Part shown: positions 13,801 through 24,423 of the stretch, piece by piece | Layout of the letters: every line of letters begins with the position of its first letter | Position numbering within the stretch: position 1 is the stretch's first letter | Assembly (NCBI RefSeq): GCF_022539665.2 | Contig: NC_081331.1 | Span: forward strand, 6,696,001-6,760,000 | Length of the DNA: 64,000 nt | Source: Daphnia carinata | Lineage: Eukaryota | Direction: 5' to 3' | Notes under the pieces: generated by a model | The model's database searches: none | Told to the model about the DNA's origin: nothing | Seen by the model: only the letters and a program-made list of their open reading frames with translations | Program-made: the position numbers and the translations under genes

Positions 13801-14990
13801 TCTTTAGATTTTTGTCGGTTAGTAAATAACTGCCGTCTGAGACAATTCCACGGCAAACTGGTTTTTTGTTTGCAACGTCATTGAAAAAAGTTCACGAAAG
13901 TGTTCCTTTCTTTTATTCCCGAAAGTTGGCCCAGCTAAGAAAAGCCAGTTGATGTTTGTGGGTAATTTCGACGCACAGGTGTAAATGGCTGCCCATAAAA
14001 ACAAAACATTTTATTGCTTTGTTTTGTTTGGTCGGTTAACGTGCCGATCCGTTAAAAACTAAATGAGAATTCAAAAATGCTTTAATTTTTCTTGTTATTA
14101 GAATTACGCCCTAAAGGCCGCGGCAGACCGCAAAGAATATTGACCGGTTCATGGCCAGAAGATCACGTTCACGGAGTCATACGGGCCGTCGTCTTTCGTG
14201 ACCCCAGCAGCCTTCCCCGACATATTGACCGCGAAGATGCCAGTAAATTAACGGCCAATCGATCGGCATCAAGTGCTAACATGAGTCGTTTATTGGCTGT
14301 CCATCCACCACAATCGATTCAGGTTTTACGATACTTAATGATGAACGGCCGAACATTTAAAACTTGAACAATTTTAAATGCAGAATGAACTTGGTGGAAG
14401 CAGCGGATCGGGAATGCGCGGCTTGATTCAGACAGCCATGAATAATGGTAATAGCCACAATTATAATCATGAATTCGCACTGCCATCCTCCTCCAACATT
14501 ACTGGCACGTATAGTCACGGTACTTTTTGGCGCACTCTTCCCCTTAATTTGATTCATTTCTAGACAAACTTCATATCTTTTGTTCCACATCTTAGGAGCG
14601 TCCCTCCTAACCGGTGCATCTTCTTATCCATCAATGCGATCAGTTGCTGGACCGTCCTCCGGTGCCAATGCAGTAAATGGTATCATGGCTGATCTAATGG
14701 CCGGCAATGGACCGATGGGACCCACCAATAATGCCAATAACAATATGCAAAGCGGATCTGGATCGAGTACTGGTTGCGTGAGTGGAAGCAGCCTAACACC
14801 GTCGTCGCTGTTTAGCGCTCTACAACAGGAAGTGGCGGAAGAGACGCGATTGGCCGCTTTGAACGCGATGACTCAACGTTTGATGACTACACTGGAAGGT
14901 ACGTCGCGGTTTCATCATCCAAGCAATGGGCGTTGCTTAACCTCGGGACGTGATCCAGGTGACAACTTTGGATTGGGCGCTGCCATGTAA
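4824..14990 (+). CDS. bab: Bric-a-brac-like BTB/POZ transcription factor with BabCD (Psq HTH + AT-hook). Coding exons 4824-5795, 8749-8806, 12707-12876, 13522-13615, 14102-14322, 14384-14519, 14596-14898/14990; 3' end uncertain, may extend to 15261
   Basis: Ttk-type BTB domain ([34 protein letters not shown]...HRMVLSACSPYF). Phase-compatible GT-AG exons join to give RERGPFKTWRPETMAEAIMAVLREGLSLSQ-AARKFDIPYPTFVLYANRVNNMLGPS and ELRPKGRGRPQRILTGSWPEDHVHGVIRAVVFRD, which match the Bab conserved domain. Confidence 0.92.
9309..10141 (+). CDS. Alternative terminal exon of the bab locus encoding a second, divergent Psq-type HTH domain plus a low-complexity tail
   Basis: 283-aa ORF with SWSKETLQEAINSIVTQKMRFTQASSHYNIPKGTLYDNILG (Psq HTH pattern). 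Long polypyrimidine tract, with AG at 9307-9308 (or 9316-9317) giving a phase-1 join in frame with the exon ending at 8806. Confidence 0.8.
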
Positions 14991-17349
14991 CCAACAACGG
15001 GCTACCGGTGGCATTCAAAATCCAGCGGCTGCAGCAGCAGCCGCCCTGGAGGCGGCAGCGTGGTTCGGTCCTAGCAGCAGCTTTAGCGGTCAACTGCCCA
15101 TCGTTGATTTAGCTGCCGATGACGTCACAGTAGCCGAAGATGATGACGTTGATGAGGAAGACGATGATGCCGTACAACACCTGGCCTCTTTTGGAGCTCA
15201 TCACAATCCAGCAGTCACCAATCCCATTCATTCTAAACAAGAACAGCTGTTTGGAGAATAGCTCTTCTTTTTCTTTGTTATCTAGTGGATAAAGAAAGAA
15301 AACGTGAATTTTATTTTAATATCCCCAACGTCATGAGAGTGGAAATTGAATGACGCTAATGGCTAAACAAATAGTGAGATTCTAAAGCTGCGCTAGATAT
15401 CTTCATTCGTCGTCCAACAATTTGTTGTCGAGTACCGATTTTAAATTTTATTTTATTCATTTTTTTTTATCACGAAGATTGTTGATCTAGATGACAGGTG
15501 ACATTAGTACGGACGGAGTAGACAGTGACGTCAATCAAGTGTCTAGTCTCTTTACGCACCACATGTTTTTTTGTTGTATATCCGTCTTTAATGAACGCAC
15601 CCAACCAAAGTTTTATTTACACGTTCGATATCTGTGTTTAAAAAGACCCGATCTCCTGTATTGCCATCAAAAGGCTAAAGGACCATATTCACTCGGCACG
15701 TGTAAACAATGGCAATTTCCCGTCCTCACCCAAAACAATTGAAAACGCAAGAATTGAAATTGGTGTTTGGTCTTTCACATTTAGACTTTCGTTCAGTACG
15801 AAACGGTGACGTCGTTTTTACGCACTGACTGCCATTGCTTTTTATTGATTCAATCGTCTCGCGTGAAAATTAATTGTGAACGCATTCAAATCGTTGGGAA
15901 CTGCGCGCTAGCTGTCCTGTTTAACTATGCATTTAAAAACAGTTGAAACACGAGCGGGACTAAAAAAACGAGAAGATTTTATGCTTAGGTTTAATGGATA
16001 ATTCTTGAATGATTTGACCTGCCAATAATCACCGCCCACACGTTTTATTTTCCCGAAAAAGGGGGTTCCCCCTTTTAAACCCACTTTCATACTGAGACCA
16101 TCCATGCGACACAGAGGCAAGATGGTAGACTCATCTTTTGATTTTTGTGTCTAGACTTCTTGTGCTTTATTCGGCCGAGCTGACGGTTGGCACCAAGTAA
16201 ATTTTTTAGAACTAACCACTGTGAATATTCGTTTGTAACTGGTAGCATAAAACCATATATGATCTGACAATATCCCCCCTAAAACACTACATTTGTCAGG
16301 TTTGAAAATGCCTCTCAAATTAGAGAATGAATGGTCGATTTTGATGCCTTTTTGTTTCTTGGTTTTCTTCGTGTGATGAAAGGTAATAACTTTTCTTATG
16401 CGCACCTTCCCCCATTGGGTTTCGTTATGTCTGTGACCTATAGAAAATGTTGAACGATGTCGTTTTATTGACTCTTCATATTTGGTTTATCTTTTTCAAC
16501 GTTACTGTGTCTCACTTTTTTATAATTTTTGGCCTCATCTTGGTATTTATTATTGATTGCTGCATTACTGACAGTTTCATATGCTTTTTGTGCCACTGCA
16601 CCAAACATTCATAGTTTTCTTTGTCCCGTTTAACGGCGCCTATCAACCGTCTATTGAAACAAGATCTACTAATTGGAGGCTACGTAAAATGTGAATAAAC
16701 GAGACATCAATTTAGACTGTAGACGTGCCGAAATCACCCAGCGCTGAATAATGGATCATCAATTAAAAAAACAATATTGAGGTCAACTATTCGAATAAAA
16801 GTAATAACCAACAATAAAACAAAAGCTAAAGTAGGCGAAAACTTGGGGCGTATTTGTAGTCGGAGGAATAGGAATCACGAAATGAAATCGATTTCGTGTC
16901 TCCATTGTAGGGGTCGGCCCCAGTTCATCTATTGGCACTAACATTTGTTCAACAAGAAAACAATGCTTTAATCGAAATCAGCACTTTCTTTTCTTTTATT
17001 TAAAAAATGGCTGACTTAAGGAGAAAACCAATAGCTGAACCGAAATCAGCGCTCAACTTTCATTATACTGTGTGATTTTTATCGAAATCCAAGAGATTTC
17101 GTTTTTGGCCGATTTTGACAAAAGTGAGAAGGCTATATAGCTATGGCAATCCGTTTTACACAAAAAAAAAAAAATTTCGCCAAAAAAAAAAAGAAAAATC
17201 ACACTTTTTTCTTTTTTTCCGACACGTAGCCATCTACCGCTCAGACTCGTTATTGCTGGCGTAGGCAATTTCAGTCCATTGGATGCCATTCGTAGTTAGT
17301 TCAGGAACGTGGATGGAGAATTACGCGTGGCTGGAGGAACAATTGAAAA

Positions 17350-18612
17350 ATGGATAAGATAATACAACAAAAGGATGGTAAGTATAAACATTATTATATT
17401 GGTTTTCAATTATTAATTATTGTTTATTAGATCAAATTATGAAGCTGCAGGCCCAATTATTGGAACAACACAAAATATTAGATAACAGCAAAGCTAAGGA
17501 TGGTAAGGCCTAATACATAATGATTCTATTTATTTGCTTTTATTCATTTGTGTTTTGTAGCTCAAATTTTGAGTCTACAAGCTCAGCTAGGGGAAAAGAA
17601 CAAATTGGAACGGAACAGTTTCCAAACAGTGAAGGAGGTTTTTCCAAACTCATCCCTAACTGAACATGAGGTTGAATTGGCATTAGGCGAACACAGTCAG
17701 GTACCTACACTTTTCAAATAAGAATTCAAAATAAGTATAGAATTTTAACAAACAATTATTTATTGTTTAGTTATTCAGTCTACCACCTGACAGTGTTTTA
17801 AAGTTAAATTCTGTTAGTGCTGCACTAAAAGAATTGTTAGTAATAAGTCCATGCAGCGAAGGAATTGAACAATTGTGGGACTGTATTTGGGCCGAAAATG
17901 GGTGTGGTATGGAAACCGAGATATGGCATGAGTTCAACATAAAACATGAATTAGGTACTTTTCGGTTTTTTGTCTATTGAAAAAAGTATTTTTAATGCAA
18001 CTATTTTGCATACACAGAATTTTAGTGGGGGATCAAGTCAAGTCTGGAAGTGTTACAGGATGGAAGAGTGAGCCTACAGTTGAAAAACACTGAAAGTGCA
18101 TTACCATTAAGGTATGAGGTAAAGTAATAGAGTATGCAAATTGTCTAATGAGAAGTACCATCTTGTGTGAATGAATCCTGTGTAACAGCAATCCTTTATA
18201 GTTTTGTCACAGCTAGAGCCTCAAATAATTCTGCTGCTCTGGCTAAAGAACAACTTGTCCTTTACGTTCAGAGTGTTGGTGAAGCTGGGTACTTAAATGG
18301 CCCTAAAGATGTTTCTTTTCGCTGGCATTGCAGCGATGAACATCATACATGGATTTTTTAGGTATGAAAGGAATTTTCTTGAAAATTTTTTGAATTTATG
18401 ACAAAGCATTTCTCCTGCTTTTTGCCAACCATGTCTAATCTAAAAAAAAAAATTTATCCAATAGGAAAGGATTTTCAACATACTGGGAACACAACTATCA
18501 ACAATGCAACATTCTAGGGGTGCTATTTTATCATTCAAGAGCCTTATACAATGATTTTCATCTGCAATTTGTATGGCCTTTCCCAAGCTTCTGCCAGAAG
18601 TTGAATCTATAA
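17350..18612 (+). pseudogene. Orphan 7-exon gene or pseudogene in the left arm (exons 17350-17377, 17431-17502, 17561-17700, 17771-17954, 18018-18111, 18202-18361, 18465-18612); coiled-coil-like N-terminus
   Basis: Canonical GT-AG introns join in phase to MDKIIQQKDDQIMKLQAQLLEQHKILDNSKAKDAQILSLQAQLGEKNK...LFSLPPDSVLKLNSVSAALKELL. In-frame TAG at 18023-18025 and at 18359-18361. Confidence 0.65.
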
Positions 18613-18878
18613 GTCATGTAAGTCACATGAGCAACAATTGAGATGCTTAATGGTGTTTTTTTTATTTTCTCAGCATAGGTTAATAGTAACATTGGATCTG
18701 AAAAGATTCTTGGTTGGGGCAAGACACTGAATAAATTGTATTGATTGGATGGATGACATGACATTGCTATACTTAATTCGGATTCCCCAGACGGTATTTG
18801 ATATTTAAAAAATTGAAGTGCATATCTGGGCTCCCTTCTTTTCTGAAGCCCCGTTTCCCCTTGACTCATAATAAGCCC

Positions 18879-19183
18879 GTAGGGGGTCATGCCCCTACTG
18901 TACGGTATATATAAAAACAACATATACCGAGGTTTGGAGGGCTCTGGCCGGAAAGGGGACGTGGGGTGCCGCTTAGTCCGATGATGTGTTCACGGAGGGC
19001 GACGTGGCTGCCCACAAATCCGAACTAAAGGTTAATCGCTCCTGTAAAAATGTTCCAAATCTTCAGCTCTTCTTCCGGCTTCTCTTAGCCAATCACCGGG
19101 TAATCTCCCCGGTGGGTCAACAAGGCAGTGTCTCCCCCTGCCTGGGTTGACGGCAACTCTTGAAAGGGCTATTGTGCCTTTTT
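18879..19183 (+). ncRNA. Candidate structured ncRNA or GC-rich multi-hairpin island; inverted copy at ~20078-20382
   Basis: Stems GTAGGGG/CCCCTAC, CGGTATAT/ATATACCG, GCCGGAA/TTCCGGC, GTGGGGTGCCGC/GTGGCTGCCCAC, CACCGGG/CCCGGTG, GTCAAC-AGGCAG/CTGCCT-GTTGAC and GGCA/TGCC, then TTTTT. A TATATAAA motif lies at ~18908. Confidence 0.4.
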
Positions 19184-19439
19184 AAAGTTGCAAAAATAAT
19201 TGTAATGTGCAGAGAATTGTCAATAAAATTTTTTTATAAAATGTTTTTTGCAAAATTTGTTATTTTCATTGTCTGAATTCACACATTACATTTATCAACT
19301 TTTTTTTTATTTAGCTTGTTCAATTCATCTTTATTGTTTTTGCCACCGTTGTATCGTTTATCTGTAAGTATTCAATTATTATTTATTACACTAATACATG
19401 GATATTTTCTGAAGTAATTTTGTATTTGTATATTGTTTT

Positions 19440-19510
19440 ACTGGCATGGGAATCGATCCCCAGACATTCAGCGTGCAACGCCGATGCTCTAACATTGAGC
19501 CACGAGATAT
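19440..19510 (-). pseudogene. Degenerate tRNA-like unit (Ala-like, anticodon TGC)
   Basis: Reverse complement GTGGCTCAATGTTAGAGC (A box, D-arm) - TCGGC GTTGCAC GCTGA (anticodon arm) - GGGGATCGATTCCC (B box); acceptor stem poor. Confidence 0.65.
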
Positions 19511-19605
19511 ATTTAAATTTTTTATTATCGCATATCATATGTTATCGTCTAGGATGTTTATGCAGTCTTTCACAACTATATGTTTATCTTTCTATTCATT
19601 TCTTA

Positions 19606-19676
19606 AGGTCCATAGCTCTGTGGTAGAGCATTCAGCTGCGAAAACTGTTACCCTGGGTTCAAACCTTAGTAGATGT
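19606..19676 (+). pseudogene. Degenerate tRNA-like unit (Cys-like 5' half)
   Basis: ATAGCTCTGTGGTAGAGCATT (A box, GCTC/GAGC D-stem) and CTGGG TTCAAAC CTTAG (T-arm, B box); anticodon and acceptor arms broken. Confidence 0.6.
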
Positions 19677-19787
19677 ATAAAGAGCTATGTCTAAATGTAG
19701 AAAAAAATATTGCAGTATTGGTCAGTTTTATTCAAAGTGTAAATGCAAGTCCGCAAGTGACTAGAAAAAAGCCGACATGATATTATA

Positions 19788-19856
19788 TGATTCATGGCTC
19801 ATTGGTAAAGCATCGGCGCGGTATGCCGAACATCCAGGGTTCGATCCCTGAATAAT
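19788..19856 (+). pseudogene. Degenerate tRNA-like unit (anticodon position GGT); inverted paralog of 19440-19510
   Basis: TGGCTCATTGGTAAAGC - TCGGC GCGGTAT GCCGA - CAGGGTTCGATCCCTG. Confidence 0.65.
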
Positions 19857-20647
19857 AAATGAATGCATACAGATAAACGATAAACCAATGGAAACAATGC
19901 TTACCATCAAAGGTGGCATAAACAATAAAGGTGAAATGAGCAAGCTAAAAAAAAAAAAAATTGATAAACGTAATGTGTGAACACAGACAATGAAAATAAC
20001 AAATTTTGCAAAAAACATTTTATAAAAAAAATTTTATTGACAATTCTCTGCACATTACAACTATTTTTGCAACTTTAAAAAGGCACAATAGCCCTTTCAA
20101 GAGTTGCCGTCAACCCAGGCAGGGGGAGACACTGCCTTGTTGACCCACCGGGGAGATTACCCGGTGATTGGCTAAGAGAAGCCGGAAGAAGAGCTGAAGA
20201 TTTGGAACATTTTTACAGGAGCGATTAACCTTTAGTTCGGATTTGTGGGCAGCCACGTCGCCCTCCGTGAACACATCATCGGACTAAGCGGCACCCCACG
20301 TCCCCTTTCCGGCCAGAGCTCTCCAAACCTCGGTATATGTTGTTTTTATATATACCGTACAGTAGGGGCATGACCCCCTACGGGCTTATTATGAGTCAAG
20401 GGGAAACGGGGCTTCAGAAAAGAAGGGAGCCCAGATATGCACTTCAATTTTTTAAATATCAAATACCGTCTGGGGAATCCGAATTAAGTATAGCAATGTC
20501 ATGTCATCCATCCAATCAATACAATTTATTCAGTGTCTTGCCCCAACCAAGAATCTTTTCAGATCCAATGTTACTATTAACCTATGCTGAGAAAAGAAAA
20601 AAAACACCATTAAGCATCTCAATTGTTGCTCATGTGACTTACATGAC

Positions 20648-22400
20648 TTATAGATTCAACTTCTGGCAGAAGCTTGGGAAAGGCCATACAAATTGCAGAT
20701 GAAAATCATTGTATAAGGCTCTTGAATGATAAAATAGCACCCCTAGAATGTTGCATTGTTGATAGTTGTGTTCCCAGTATGTTGAAAATCCTTTCCTATT
20801 GGATATATTTTTTTTTTTAGATTAGACATGGTTGGCAAAAAGCAGGAGAAATGCTTTGTCATAAATTCAAAAAATTTTCAAGAAAATTCCTTTCATACCT
20901 AAAAAATCCATGTATGATGTTCATCGCTGCAATGCCAGCGAAAAGAAACATCTTTAGGGCCATTTAAGTACCCAGCTTCACCAACACTCTGAACGTAAAG
21001 GACAAGTTGTTCTTTAGCCAGAGCAGCAGAATTATTTGAGGCTCTAGCTGTGACAAAACTATAAAGGATTGCTGTTACACAGGATTCATTCACACAAGAT
21101 GGTACTTCTCATTAGACAATTTGCATACTCTATTACTTTACCTCATACCTTAATGGTAATGCACTTTCAGTGTTTTTCAACTGTAGGCTCACTCTTCCAT
21201 CCTGTAACACTTCCAGACTTGACTTGATCCCCCACTAAAATTCTGTGTATGACCATTTAGCTTTGCTGTTATCCATTTTTGTGTTGTTCAATAATTGGGC
21301 CTGCAGCTTCCTCCAGCCCATCCTTTTGTTGTATTATCTCCATTTTTTCAATTCTGTTCACAACTACGAATGGCATCCAATGGACTGAAATTGCCATCGC
21401 CAGCAATAACGAGTCTGAGCGGTAGATTTGTGTCGGAAAAAAAGAAAAAAGTGTGATTTTTCTTTTTTTTTTTGGCGAAATTTTTTTTTTTTTGTGTAAA
21501 ACGGATTGCCATATATAGCCTTCCCACAGCGCTAGCGTAAAACGGGTTGCCATCGAAATAATGTAATTTTTATGGCAATCCGTTTTACACAAAAAAAAAA
21601 AAAAAAATTCGCCAAAGAAAAAAAAATCACACTTTTTTTTTTTCCGACACGAGGCTAAGAGAAGCCGGAAGAAGAGCTGAAGATTTGGAACATTTTTACA
21701 GGAGCGATTAACCTTTAGTTCGGATTTGTGGGTAGCTGGCCAGAAATAGTTGCATTAAAAATACTTTTTTCAATAGACAAAAAACCGAAAAGTACCTAAT
21801 TCATGTTTTATGTTGAACTCATGCCATATCTCGGTTTCCATACCACACCCATTTTCGGCCCAAATACAGTCCCACAATTGTTCAATTCCTTCGCTGCATG
21901 GACTTATTACTAACAATTCTTTTAGTGCAGCACTAACAGAATTTAACTTTAACACACTGTCAGGTGGTAGACTGAATAACTAAACAATAAATAATTGTTT
22001 GTTAAAATTCTATACTTACCTTTAATTCTTATTTGAAAAGTTTAGGTACCTGACTGTGTTCACCTAATGCCAATTCATCCTCATGTTCAGTTAGGGATGA
22101 GTTTGGAAAAACCTCCTTCACTGTTTGGAAACTGTTCCGTTCCAATTTGTTCTTTTCCCCTACCTGAGCTTGTAGACTCAAAATTTGAGCTACAAAACAC
22201 AAATGAATAAAAGCAAATAAATAGAATCATTATGTATTAGGCCTTACCATCCTTAGCTTTGCTGTTATCTAATATTTTGTGTTGTTCCAATAATTGGGCC
22301 TGCAGCTTCATAATTTGATCTAATAAACAATAATTAATAATTGAAAACCAATATAATAATGTTTATACTTACCATCCTTTTGTTGTATTATCTTATCCAT
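20648..22400 (-). pseudogene. Second, inverted copy of the orphan gene, with a ~490 bp insertion in intron 4 (21252-21743)
   Basis: Reverse complement of 17350-18612 with a few SNPs; carries the same TAG codons. Confidence 0.65.
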
Positions 22401-22414
22401 TTTTCAATTGTTCC

Positions 22415-22461
22415 TCCAGCCACGAGTTTTTCTCCAGCCACGCGTTTTTCTCCAGCCACGC
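22415..22461. repeat. Short tandem repeat, ~2.5 copies of an 18-mer (CTCCAGCCACGmGTTTTT)
   Basis: ctccagccacgagttttt-ctccagccacgcgttttt-ctccagccacgc read directly. Confidence 0.8.
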
Positions 22462-22568
22462 TACTCAATTAACTGCTAATGGGATACAATTAACTCAAAT
22501 TTCTTACATGCCTGTAATAACGAAACCGACTGGTAGATGGCTACGGGTAGAAAAAAGAGAAAAAAGTG

Positions 22569-22609
<41 letters not shown>

Positions 22610-23654
22610 GTAAAACGGATTGCCATATGCCATAGGATTTGACGAAAACGAAAAAAGTGCAAAGGCTATAAGCCTCACCACTTTTGTCAAAATCGACCAA
22701 AAACGACATCTCTTGGAATTGGACGAAAGCCACAGGGTATGATCAAAATTGTAACGCTGATTACGAATCAATGATTGATTTTATTCTAAAACCAGCTGTT
22801 TTTCAAATAAAGTAAAAAGTGCTGTTAACGCACCACCTTCATTATTTTTATTTTTGCGTTTAATCACATTTCTCTAAAAGTAAAAAACCGCAGTTTTCAG
22901 ATATGGCAAATTGTGTGCTCACAGTAAAAAATAAGATTATCTGCTTTGTCGGGCAATAACGAGTTCATTGGATGCAATTTAAGATACTCATAAACTGTTT
23001 GTTCAAGAGCTGTTTTGTTGATAAGCATTATATTTTTAATTGATTCGCAGGTTCTATGCAATCATAAATATCCGATCAGGAAAACTCAATTTTGTTGATT
23101 GCCAGGTTTTTAAGTACGAGTAATCAAACCAGATCCGAATCGTTTTCGCCAGGATTTTAACTATTAGATCACGCGAACGTTAAAGAAGTCGATCAACACT
23201 TCCATAAAAACAAGTATGCTAAATATCTTACGTATAATGCAGATTATGATTTTTGAAACTTCAATTTTTCATTTTAATAGTTTCGTATTTTGCAAAGAAA
23301 ACTGGTCATCGTTATTGCAGTTTGTATACCCCGATTCTATATGACATCTAGCAACCAAACACGTTAACGAATTAAACTGGAAGATTCACCTACCAATTTC
23401 ATATGTAGCCAATGTAGTGAATCACTACAATCAAAAACGAAGATTTGTAATACAAAAACAAGTCACGAAACTGTTGCATATTAATTTATTTCGTACAGCT
23501 CAGATAATGTTAGTAATGTTACAGTATTCTTTTCCAACGACCATTGAGAAAACTCGCGCTGTTTCTGTTCGACAGATCACATGATTCCATTCTCCGCAAC
23601 AACAAACTGCAAAAAAAAAACAAGTTAGTCAGATAAAAACACCAATACAAGGTG

Positions 23655-23792
23655 CAATGTTGCCTTTAAACCTTAGATTTCCCGCAACGACATATACAGA
23701 ACACCTTACACAGCATAGCATTTATTGTTCCCGCCGTATACCAAAGAGTTGCCATTTATCAGCTTACCCAATCGGCTTAAATAGCGGGGTAT
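23655..23792 (-). ncRNA. Candidate H/ACA snoRNA, target unknown
   Basis: ~138 nt and intronic: hairpin (CCCGC...GCGGG), H box ACAATA (23723-23728), second hairpin, ACA (23658-23660) plus 3 nt. Confidence 0.5.
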
Positions 23793-24154
23793 CGTAAAAA
23801 AAAAACAAGCTACAAACCAACCTGAAACAGCAGACGTTCTTCCATCCACGACAACCCGAAGAACCCCATCACACTGCAGTGTTGAACAGAAAAACCTAAG
23901 ATAGAAAATGAGTTAATAATCTGCAACGCAGTCATTATATTGAATACGTACTAGAAATCAGTTGTAAAAAGACACTCAGAAGGTGTCAAATAAAAATTCT
24001 TCACGAACGATCGACGTGAAATGGCAGCTAGTTGCTCAAGCGATAGGAACAAAGATGCTGGAAGAAGCCACCTTCATCTAATACGAAGCAGCATACCTGC
24101 AAAACATATGACAGTTAATTACGGTAACGAATACGGTGTAACACTCATCAGCGT

Positions 24155-24228
24155 TCAATCAGTGGTAGTGACGAAACTTGAAATCTATCATAAGTATCTT
24201 CAAACAAACAAAATGCATCATTCTACCA
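24155..24228 (-). ncRNA. C/D snoRNA, 18S guide; predicted site equivalent to human Am512 (SNORD70-like)
   Basis: Box C ATGATGC, box D CTGA. Guide TTTCGTCACTACC is complementary to conserved 18S GGTAGTGACGAAA; the D+5 rule lands on the A of GGUA. Confidence 0.8.
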
Positions 24229-24423
24229 ATGGAAGAACTAACATAAGTCAAACAATACCTGTTTCAGCCAACGACATCATGAAATCGTGGGACAAACTAA
24301 ACAACTGTCGAGTGGAATGTGGCGAATGAGACAACGCAATAAACGACCGCAATCCTCTACCTATGTTGAAGAAAAACTTTAGACATCAACGACAATAAGA
24401 CGTATCGCAAATTTAATATTGCA

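Larger units (their letters stand above)
16979..22824. repeat. ~5.8 kb imperfect palindrome (tail-to-tail inverted duplication); arms ~16979-19510 and ~19790-22824
   Basis: ORF 18167-18361(+) equals 20899-21093(-), and 18558-18923(-) matches 20337-20702(+) with one aa change. Reverse-complement similarity can be followed out to CAGCACTTT (16979) and AAAGTGCTG (22824). Confidence 0.95.

Noticed and set aside
18558..18923. 121-aa ORF present in both palindrome arms (also 20337-20702)
   Set aside because: Non-ATG start, antisense to the spliced orphan gene; its conservation simply reflects DNA identity of the arms.
18930..19183. Telomerase RNA, hammerhead or HDV ribozyme, RNase P/MRP, SRP or 7SK identity for the structured island
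   Set aside because: No full CCUAA-based template, no exact CUGAnGA/GAAA core, and no P4 (GAAAGUC) or GAUC signature; left unassigned.
16965..22835. Canonical hAT or Tc1 TIR transposon (CAG...CTG ends)
   Set aside because: No target-site duplication visible (left ATCGAAAT, right TTAACGCA) and no transposase motifs.
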